IMG/VR virus record: IMGVR_UViG_3300050821_006746
Span: 45,142-109,141 of that record
Strand: one strand, 5' to 3'
DNA length: 64,000 bases
From: a virus
Part shown: positions 52,052 to 60,200 of the stretch, one piece after another
Layout: each line of letters begins with the position of its first letter
How positions within the stretch are numbered: the first letter of the stretch is position 1
The notes under the pieces: generated by a model
Told to the model about the DNA's origin: nothing
The model's input: the letters and a program-made list of their open reading frames with translations, nothing else
Database searches by the model: none
Position numbers and translations under genes: made by a program

Positions 52052-55000
52052 TATCAGCGACATTGGCGAAATAAAAGCTCGTGTGACCATCTCTTATGAC
52101 GGCGCGGGGATCGACGAAGCAAAGAAAGACCTCTCAAGCCTCTCGGATATCGTCGGCGGTGGACTGACAGAGAATGTAGGCACCGCGAATGAAGCACTGG
52201 CGTCGCTTGACGAGCAAATGGGCAAGAATGCGGGAAGTGCCAGCGATCTCGTCTCCTCTGTTGGCGCGATCGAAAAACCTATGCAGGCCAGCGCTGATGC
52301 CGTCTCCTCTGTCAATGAAGTCCTGGGTGAGCAGCAAGCGGCGGTAGAAAATGCTGGTACGGCACTGGAGGGCATGCAAAAGCCACTCGAAGATACGACG
52401 ACGCTCATGCAAAATGCCGCACCTCCTATGAAAACCGTTGTCGAGAATGCGACGGCAATGCAGGCACCTCTGGACGCCGCCAACACCGGCTTCGTTCAGA
52501 TGTCCGAAAGCCTCAACAACGCTGTGCCACTTATGCCTCAAATGGCGTCGGGCATAAGTGGCGTTGCTGAGGCACTTGATCCTAAAGCGCTCGGACTCAG
52601 CGCGGCCACCGATAATCTTGCGGTTTTTCAGGATGCGCTGAGCAATCCTCAGCCGTACCAACTAATCGGTGCGCATCTCGACAGCACCGGACAGAGTTGG
52701 GGTGATTTCTTCTCCTCTGTTGGAACCACCAGTGCCACATTTTCACAACAGATGATTGACAATGCTAAGGCGTCCCAGGCGTCGTTCGGCACTATATCAT
52801 CTGGTGCTCAAAGCGCAGAACAGTCATTTTATGTGGTAGGGAATCAAACCAATGCACTAAGCCAATCCATTGCCGGTATCAACACCTCTGGCGGCGTAGG
52901 AACTGCGCTTTACGGACCAGCAGATTCATGGAGCAAACTAAATGCTGGCCTGGCGAGCACGGAAGAGGGGATCAATAAACTCGGTGGCGTGGGGGCAAAT
53001 CTCTATGGCCCAGAAGTGCCCATCAATCTGGGTAGCATGTTTGATGATATATCGGGGAGCATGGGTAAAGGTTTTGGGGGCTTCGTACAGAGCTTCGATA
53101 GCTTTATGAGGCCATTGATGTACCTCCAAATGGCCGGTATGATGGTTGGCGCGGTTTCAACTGGAATTTATAATATGGCGGCTCTGGCAGAGGGGCCAGC
53201 CGCGCACTCGATCGGGTCCTTCACCGGGGCTATTGATGTGATGGGGCAGCAAGCGCAACAGACGGGGCAACAATTCTCAGAGGGTCTAGGTCAAGGCATC
53301 CTGCCGATGATCAATGCGATGAATAATGTCAGCGGCAACAGCAAAAATACTGACTTTTGGGGTGCCGTGGGTACGGGCATTGGTCAAGTGGGTAGCTTGC
53401 TCGGAACGGTTGGACAAGTTGCTGCTGGTGCGATTATGGATCTGCCGTGGCTTGCCTTTACGCCGAGCACGAATATCTCGTCTATGCCAGGCAATAACTT
53501 GATGCAGCAAGGATGGGAGGGACTGCAAAACCTCTGGGCGCAAATCACAGGAGGAAAAGAACCCTTTCCAACCCCTGGTACACCTGGATCACAGGTATCG
53601 TCAGTCCAAGCGTCAATCAATGCAGGCATCCCCGCTATGTATGCGCAAGCGAATGATCCAGGGTACCTGGCCGCTCAGGCGTACGCAAGCAGTCAGATGG
53701 GCTACGCGACACTAGGACAAACTCGCTACGATGTGTCACATCTCAGCGGTTTTGATACTGCCCCCTGGTATCAAGGCGTACCTACAGCAGCAGCGGGTCC
53801 ACTTAACTATGCACCGCAAGCGTATCAACAATCCTTAATGCCACAGATCCTCGCAACTGGTGGTGCCGGGTCCGGTCTTGACGCTGTGGACCTGAACCGG
53901 CTGTACTTTGAAGCGGCGGACGCGCGGGCTGCACTGGTTGCGCCAGAAACCCCTGGTTGTTTCCCTGCTGGCACTCCTGTCTTGCTCGCTGATGGCACTG
54001 AGAAGGCCATTGAAACTCTGCACAGTGGAGATCGAGCGCTTGCCCACGATGGCACCAAACAGGTCACTACAACGATTTTAGCACTTATCAAGCCGCCTCC
54101 AAAGCTCGTTTACAAACTGGCTTTTGACGATGGCAATACATTAACGCTGACTGATTCTCATCCTGTATCGACGGATCGGGGTTGGAAATCACTCTCACCT
54201 GATGCAACGCGAAAAGAGAATCCTGATTTTGCCGTAACAGTATTGCAGATCGGGGATCGCATCCACACGGTTGGCGGCACCTGCACACTGCTGGCAATAC
54301 AGCCATGCGAGATCGTCCAAGTCTACAACATCACGGTTGGCGAGCAGCACACGTTCTATGCTGGTGGTATCCTCGTCCACAACAAAATATCAATGACTGG
54401 TACGCAAGTTATGCAAAACGTGGCGAATACCACCGTGCCTGACATGGACATGAAGAATACCAATCTCATCCAAAGCCTGGCAAGCAACTTTACCGGAGCC
54501 GATATCTCACACACGTTCACAGCGTCGGTCAATTGGGCAGCAACAGGCGACTTAGCGCATACCTTTCAGGGTTCTCCAGGCTGGGCAACAGTCGGTGAGT
54601 TGGCACATATATTTCTGGGTGCTCCTGATTGGGCAACAGTCGGTGAGTTAGCCCACACATTTCAGGGCATTGCTAATTGGGTGGCAACGGGTGGCTTGCA
54701 ACACTCCTTTGAGGGGATTCTCAACTGGGTAGTTCCACCAGAGATTCAACACACGTTCGAGGGTATTGCTAATTGGGTGACATCGGGCGAAATGGCCCAC
54801 ACATTTCAGGGATGGGCGTCGTGGGTTGGACAGGAACTCACCCACACATTCACTGCCGTCGCGAATTGGGTGGTATCTGGGCTCTCGCAAACAGCTTCTG
54901 TGCCTGGATTCGCTGCTGGTGTTCAAAATTTCGGCGGCGGTCTCGCTGTCGTGGGTGAGTACGGGCCTGAGCTGGTGCATCTACCTCAAGGCACCAGCGT

Positions 55001-55178
55001 GTACCCGCAATCAGCAACAGGCGGCTTTTCTGGCCTCAACATGGGCAGTATCGGTGATAGTGGGCAACTCAATCTTACCATCAATCACACAACGATGCTC
55101 AATGGCAAGGTCATGGCACAAGAGACGATCCCTTTGATTGCTCCAATCCTTAGAAGCCAGATGGCGGTGCGCCGATGA
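52044..55178 (+). CDS. Tape measure protein containing a Hint domain and 16-aa repeats
   Basis: Follows G/GT chaperones; A/G/S/Q-rich; C-terminal FAAG...VVGEYGPELVHLP; start GTG 52044 or ATC 52053. Confidence 0.85.
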   Translation: MIDISDIGEIKARVTISYDGAGIDEAKKDLSSLSDIVGGGLTENVGTANEALASLDEQMGKNAGSASDLVSSVGAIEKPMQASADAVSSVNEVLGEQQAAVENAGTALEGMQKPLEDTTTLMQNAAPPMKTVVENATAMQAPLDAANTGFVQMSESLNNAVPLMPQMASGISGVAEALDPKALGLSAATDNLAVFQDALSNPQPYQLIGAHLDSTGQSWGDFFSSVGTTSATFSQQMIDNAKASQASFGTISSGAQSAEQSFYVVGNQTNALSQSIAGINTSGGVGTALYGPADSWSKLNAGLASTEEGINKLGGVGANLYGPEVPINLGSMFDDISGSMGKGFGGFVQSFDSFMRPLMYLQMAGMMVGAVSTGIYNMAALAEGPAAHSIGSFTGAIDVMGQQAQQTGQQFSEGLGQGILPMINAMNNVSGNSKNTDFWGAVGTGIGQVGSLLGTVGQVAAGAIMDLPWLAFTPSTNISSMPGNNLMQQGWEGLQNLWAQITGGKEPFPTPGTPGSQVSSVQASINAGIPAMYAQANDPGYLAAQAYASSQMGYATLGQTRYDVSHLSGFDTAPWYQGVPTAAAGPLNYAPQAYQQSLMPQILATGGAGSGLDAVDLNRLYFEAADARAALVAPETPGCFPAGTPVLLADGTEKAIETLHSGDRALAHDGTKQVTTTILALIKPPPKLVYKLAFDDGNTLTLTDSHPVSTDRGWKSLSPDATRKENPDFAVTVLQIGDRIHTVGGTCTLLAIQPCEIVQVYNITVGEQHTFYAGGILVHNKISMTGTQVMQNVANTTVPDMDMKNTNLIQSLASNFTGADISHTFTASVNWAATGDLAHTFQGSPGWATVGELAHIFLGAPDWATVGELAHTFQGIANWVATGGLQHSFEGILNWVVPPEIQHTFEGIANWVTSGEMAHTFQGWASWVGQELTHTFTAVANWVVSGLSQTASVPGFAAGVQNFGGGLAVVGEYGPELVHLPQGTSVYPQSATGGFSGLNMGSIGDSGQLNLTINHTTMLNGKVMAQETIPLIAPILRSQMAVRR
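53958..54383 (+). other. Hint (intein-like) domain, 142 aa, no homing endonuclease
   Basis: CFPAGTPV (block A), LTDSHP (block B), VYNITV..HTFYAGGILVHN (F/G); next residue is K. Confidence 0.92.
54504..54880 (+). repeat. Eight ~48-bp coding repeats (HTFxGxxxW)
   Basis: LAHTFQGSPGWATVGE-type 16-aa units. Confidence 0.85.
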
Positions 55179-58100
55179 GCATCACATGCACCATCAGCGG
55201 CGTCTCTGTCACGGTTGGCAACGCTTCATTTAGCTTGCAAGACCCGCTTGAGAACAGATCCATCCTCACGTTTACCGTGTTGGACTCAGCAGGCACCGCA
55301 ATATACACGCGTGGACAGCCGGTCACGTTCTCAGATCCCGGCATCCTGAGTTACGTTGGCTATGTCCAATCCGACGCGCCAACCAAAGACGGTTTGGTAC
55401 TGCCGTATGTCGAACACATCGTCACCTGCATGGATGGTCAATATCTGCTCGATAAGCGCTCAAACTCAGTAAATTACCTCAACTGGATAGCGGGCAACAT
55501 CGTCGTTGACTTTGTGCGCAGAGACCTCGCGAATGAGGGCATAACGATTAGCGCTGCAATGCGTCACGACACAACAGTTAGTGACTTCAATCAGGGCAAT
55601 CTCGACGGGACGGTGGGAGCAATCAATACTACTCCTGCCACTACGCTGAATGGGGTTATAAGCACTACAGATGACGGAGATCTAGAGATAGCGGGAGCTG
55701 GTAGTAATCTCACCATTTCCGAATCAACGACAGCACAATTTGCCGCTGGTACGCTCACTAACGTTGCTGCATCGAACAATGCGCTCTCACCATCAACGGT
55801 AAGCGCCTTGTCATTCACAGCGACTTTGCCGGTGGCACTCGCCACAAACAACCTCTATATGGAAATCTGGTCGGGATCTCAGGTTGTGGGCACCAATGAC
55901 ACGCTCAATTATGACATCTGGATCAGTTCAACGTCACCAGCGTTCAATGCAGGTGTCGATCTCAATTTCAGTGATAGCACCAGCCTTAACACTTACGTGG
56001 GTCCAACCGATGACAACACCCTGGCAGCCTCGCCTACAACCGATCTTTCAGGGTACGCCAAAGACACATGGTACACGCGCTCTATCGCACTCGGCACTGT
56101 CATCAATGGCAAAACGGTCAATAGCGTGTGTGTAGCCGTGGCTGGCAACAGCGCCGGGACGTACAACATTTTCTTTAAGAATATCTATCTCGGCTCGCAC
56201 TCAGGTAGTCCATTCTTTTCGACGAGTGCCACTGCTACCCAGGTCAACCCGTCCACAGTGTTCTCTAACGCGACCTACCCCGGAACGTTGGCATCAACAA
56301 GCGTGGTACAGGCGATCAGCTCGAATACTGTGAACCGGGTTTCGTCTGCCTATTCTATCGACGCCGTGAAGCTAACAAACTCTACCTTTATCACATGGGA
56401 TTCAACCTCCCCATCCAACTCACTTGTGCAAATGTCCGTGTCCTACGATGGCAACGCATTCTTGCTCTGTACGAATGGCGCGCCGCTACCGGGTCTACCT
56501 GCCGGGTCAAACGTGGCTGGAACATCGCTCTACCTGCAAGAGATCTTCGTCACGGGTATCACACCGACCGCGTTTCCGTCCCTCTCAGCGGTGACGGTGA
56601 CGCTTACAACGGCACCCAATGCCACGAAGAGTGATGTCACAACCAGTTACGGCACCTCTGCACAGTGGAACGCAGGGACGCTCACTGGTGTGGCACCCAA
56701 CGCAAACGGGGATCTGACTTTACTCAATTCAGTACGCACATGGAACGATAACCTGATCACTAATCAGACATTTTTTCCATCGTCTGGCGGTTCGCCCACT
56801 CAGTCGGCCAGCGGTGGTACATATAACCAGATTATCCCAGGCAACGGGAGCTTCCCAGGCTTCTGGGCGCTCTCACGGATGGACTTTATTGCGGCAAGGG
56901 CGGATTTCTCCCTTGATGTTGATACAACCTTTGCCTTTTCCGGCTCAGGAACGCCCGTAGGGAAGATAGGCATTGTCTACCGTGGCACAGGGTGGTCTTC
57001 GGCTGACCAGAACTACGCCTATGTCGTGCTTGTCACCTGGACAAGCAGCCCAACCATCGAGATTGGTTACGGATCGAATAGTAGCGGAGGTTCGACTGGC
57101 ACCTACACGCTGGTCAAGAACGCCTCAGTCGCGCTTGGTACCGGCTCGAATCATCTCAAGATTGTCGTAAGTGGCAAAACGCATCAAGTCTTCTGGGCGG
57201 GATCGTCAAGCCCGATTCTCACCGCAACCGACTCAACCTATATGAGTGCGGGTCAGTTCGGCATTATCACCTACGGCGACGATGTAAGCGCGACTGAAAC
57301 ATTGACTGGCAAGTATGACAATCTGGTGGTTTCCTCGAATATCGGCACGTGGCAATCGGGTTCTGTCTCCCTGGCTGCGCTCACAACCATCGAGGGAAGT
57401 AACATCTCCTGGCTGGAAACGCTGGCTACAGGTGTCCCATCGGCCACGGCCATCGTCTCAACGAGTATCGACGGTGGCACGACTTGGAAGCCATGCACGA
57501 ACAATGCACCCATTCCCCAACTGCTAGAGGGAACAAACGTGTCGTCCCTCTCACTGATTGCGCGCATCATCTTGTTCAGTGCGACTTATGCCGCCAACCC
57601 CGTCATCGGTGGCTTGAACTGGCGCGTACTGGGCGCATTCCCAACGGTGACAGGCACGCGGGACACGGCACCGTTGGGCAATGATATGCAGATCACGCGT
57701 ACGGTCGGTAGCGGCTGGGGCAATGCGTTTGATAGCCAAACCTGGACACAGGCAGGCACAGGCGCTACAGCAGTGGCGACAGGCGAAGCGACGATCACCA
57801 ACACGACCGGGACCGTCTATATGCGGCTCGGTACGCGCACCGGGACCAACATCCAGGGCACGCACCGCTTCTCTCTCTCGTCCAGCGCGGAGACGGCGGG
57901 AATCTTTCTGCGTTACGTGGACACCAACAACTACTACGCGCTCGCTGCCACGACGAGCACAACCTCCATTCTTAAGAGACTGGCAGGCGTAACCACGACA
58001 TTGGCAAGTGTGAGTATGGCGCTGAGCATCAATACTCCGTACCAGATGCACTTTTTGACAGCAAACTCTGGGCCAGTCTCGCTCTTTGGCAATATGTGGG

Positions 58101-58180
58101 CGGATGGAAGCCTAGAACCAACGGTAAATTCACTAGGCCAGTGGAATGATAGCCTCTGGGTTATCACAGCACTTGATTAG
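55175..58180 (+). CDS. Tail tip/hub protein N-terminal part with beta-sandwich domains
   Basis: Coupled to tape measure; S/T/G-rich; lectin-like repeats. Confidence 0.75.
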   Translation: MSITCTISGVSVTVGNASFSLQDPLENRSILTFTVLDSAGTAIYTRGQPVTFSDPGILSYVGYVQSDAPTKDGLVLPYVEHIVTCMDGQYLLDKRSNSVNYLNWIAGNIVVDFVRRDLANEGITISAAMRHDTTVSDFNQGNLDGTVGAINTTPATTLNGVISTTDDGDLEIAGAGSNLTISESTTAQFAAGTLTNVAASNNALSPSTVSALSFTATLPVALATNNLYMEIWSGSQVVGTNDTLNYDIWISSTSPAFNAGVDLNFSDSTSLNTYVGPTDDNTLAASPTTDLSGYAKDTWYTRSIALGTVINGKTVNSVCVAVAGNSAGTYNIFFKNIYLGSHSGSPFFSTSATATQVNPSTVFSNATYPGTLASTSVVQAISSNTVNRVSSAYSIDAVKLTNSTFITWDSTSPSNSLVQMSVSYDGNAFLLCTNGAPLPGLPAGSNVAGTSLYLQEIFVTGITPTAFPSLSAVTVTLTTAPNATKSDVTTSYGTSAQWNAGTLTGVAPNANGDLTLLNSVRTWNDNLITNQTFFPSSGGSPTQSASGGTYNQIIPGNGSFPGFWALSRMDFIAARADFSLDVDTTFAFSGSGTPVGKIGIVYRGTGWSSADQNYAYVVLVTWTSSPTIEIGYGSNSSGGSTGTYTLVKNASVALGTGSNHLKIVVSGKTHQVFWAGSSSPILTATDSTYMSAGQFGIITYGDDVSATETLTGKYDNLVVSSNIGTWQSGSVSLAALTTIEGSNISWLETLATGVPSATAIVSTSIDGGTTWKPCTNNAPIPQLLEGTNVSSLSLIARIILFSATYAANPVIGGLNWRVLGAFPTVTGTRDTAPLGNDMQITRTVGSGWGNAFDSQTWTQAGTGATAVATGEATITNTTGTVYMRLGTRTGTNIQGTHRFSLSSSAETAGIFLRYVDTNNYYALAATTSTTSILKRLAGVTTTLASVSMALSINTPYQMHFLTANSGPVSLFGNMWADGSLEPTVNSLGQWNDSLWVITALD

Positions 58181-58200
58181 ATCGAAAGGACATATCACTT

Positions 58201-58722
58201 ATGGGAGCAGCGACAGTTTTGGCCGAAGCGGGGACAGGAGCATCAGTCTCCTGGGCCACCGCAGAGGGCGGCGTTACCTGGAATCTGGCGGATAGTATCA
58301 CCGCGACGACGCCAGTTGCGATCCCGACAGCGACCGGGACCAATTTTTCATGGATCAAAAATCTCGTCTTGTACGTGACGGTTGCCGGTACCACGGCCTT
58401 TACCAACCGCACCGTCAAGGAATCGAGCAGTCTATCAACTGGCCTCGCGTTCTTCTTCAAAGATGTGGCCGTTGCTTCCTATGCTCAATCCGCGTCAGGC
58501 AACAGGCCGGCATCGTCAGGATCAAATGGGGCAACGCCAGCAGGTTATACAGCTATGACAACTACGGCACAGCAATGGGACAACACAAGCCACTCTTCGG
58601 GCAGCACAGGGCCAAACGGGGATATATGCGTAATCGTGGCAGGAGTAGACAATACTTACGTCGGTGGTGCAGGAAACGCAATTTCAATGAATAATGTGAT
58701 CCTATCCTACGATGAGGCATAG
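58201..58722 (+). CDS. Putative tail structural protein
   Basis: T/G/A/S-rich, ends SYDEA. Confidence 0.6.
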   Translation: MGAATVLAEAGTGASVSWATAEGGVTWNLADSITATTPVAIPTATGTNFSWIKNLVLYVTVAGTTAFTNRTVKESSSLSTGLAFFFKDVAVASYAQSASGNRPASSGSNGATPAGYTAMTTTAQQWDNTSHSSGSTGPNGDICVIVAGVDNTYVGGAGNAISMNNVILSYDEA

Positions 58723-59055
58723 ATGAAAAAAGATGTATATGCGTGGGCTGTTCTGTATCACGACGGCTCGTCCATTCAGGAATACGATCGCCCCGATGGA
58801 CACGGATTTGCCGTCGTTGACAGCGCACAAGTCAGGCGCCTCACGCTGACATCCCCTGACTGCTCACATTCCGTGGTGGTGCCCACCGGGGCTATGCCCG
58901 TCTTTTTTCGACGCAGGAGCATCGCATTGCAGCCAGGCGGTGATCCGATTCCGACTGTGCATTGCATCGGGTGGAAGCGCGAGGACAAGGCTGTTTATCT
59001 CTTCATTTCTGAGGATGGATCAACGCTGGCTACGGAAAATCTACAGGCGGTGTAA
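58723..59055 (+). CDS. Hypothetical tail-region protein
   Basis: W..LY.DG...YD; PVFFRRR; CIGW. Confidence 0.6.
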   Translation: MKKDVYAWAVLYHDGSSIQEYDRPDGHGFAVVDSAQVRRLTLTSPDCSHSVVVPTGAMPVFFRRRSIALQPGGDPIPTVHCIGWKREDKAVYLFISEDGSTLATENLQAV

Positions 59056-59085
59056 ATTGTCACACCGCCTGTTAAAAGTTATCGA

Positions 59086-60081
59086 TCAGAATAATCGCCC
59101 GCCTTCGGGCCATTCATGGGGTAATTTGACATGTTTTCGGTAATTACATGTCGGGCATGCAAGCACCAGATTATCAGGCCAATTAGTACCGCCTCTAGAA
59201 AGTGGTATTACATGGTCAATATGATATTGTTCCAAATGTTTTTGACAGTAGTAACACTTGGATTTTTGGGCTTGCAACTTATGTTGAATATCCTGTGCGG
59301 TGTATCTTCCTGGAGCAGCAAGATAGCGAGCGCGCCTAATATGACTCGCTATTCTGACTCGTATTTTTACATCCTCTCGCTGGAAATATCGCGATCTGTA
59401 GGCTTGGTATTGCTCAGTTTCCCTCCATGCGCGATGTTTTTCTCTATAATATTCTGCTCGTTCTCTTCTGTATTGGCGAGCGTATGCTCTACTATGTTGC
59501 TTATAATGCTCAGTTGCACGCTGCTTCTTGCGCGAAAGTACCGCACGCTCAGGATTTTCTTTTCGCCAACGAGCATTCTTTGCTCGCTCTTTCGCGAGTG
59601 CATTTGGGTTGTTCCGACGAAGTTTACGATTGTATTTATTCATGCAGTCTTTGCACTTTATATACAATCCAGTTGGAGAATAACTATTCTTGCCAAAGTA
59701 TTCCAATGTTGCAGGCTTGTTTATACCACACTCAACACAAGTGAGAGTAGGAGGAGGCTCAACTTTTTGGGTTTTACGCATAAGGTCATAGTTTTTGATG
59801 CACTCTTTGCACCAGGATGTAACTCCATAAAGCCCTCGCTTGCTTTTACTGAAGTTCTCAATAGGGAAGATAAGTTTGCATTGAGTGCATCGCTTATGCC
59901 CAAGTGGAAAATTTTCAGGCGTTTTTCTAATGCGTCGATCCCTATGATACTTGTTGATACAATCTTTCCTGCAAAGATTAAAACCATCTTTTCTATGCCC
60001 ATCACGAGGGAAAAACTCAGAGGTGAGTGGCTTAAACTGCTCACACTTAGTGCAATACTTTTGGGGTATACTGGTATCCAT
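59086..60081 (-). CDS. HNH homing endonuclease with three Zn-finger repeats
   Basis: Three CxxC...CK.C units; HIDHVIPLSRGGTN...NLVLACPTCN; WPEGGRLF end. Confidence 0.92.
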   Translation of the reverse strand: MDTSIPQKYCTKCEQFKPLTSEFFPRDGHRKDGFNLCRKDCINKYHRDRRIRKTPENFPLGHKRCTQCKLIFPIENFSKSKRGLYGVTSWCKECIKNYDLMRKTQKVEPPPTLTCVECGINKPATLEYFGKNSYSPTGLYIKCKDCMNKYNRKLRRNNPNALAKERAKNARWRKENPERAVLSRKKQRATEHYKQHSRAYARQYRRERAEYYREKHRAWRETEQYQAYRSRYFQREDVKIRVRIASHIRRARYLAAPGRYTAQDIQHKLQAQKSKCYYCQKHLEQYHIDHVIPLSRGGTNWPDNLVLACPTCNYRKHVKLPHEWPEGGRLF

Positions 60082-60200
60082 AGTAAGGCTCCAATCCTTG
60101 CTATCAGCCAGGGGGTGTTACCAGCACCGCTCTGGTACCACATTATTACCCCTCAATTATACCATGAAGCAGCCTCTAGAGCAAGTTTAGGGGGTGTTTT

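Noticed and set aside
53958-54383. Canonical splicing intein
   Set aside because: +1 residue is Lys rather than Cys/Ser/Thr
54504-54880. Near-identical repeats as DGR template/variable regions
   Set aside because: Tandem coding repeats; no reverse transcriptase in the window and no adenine-specific pattern evident
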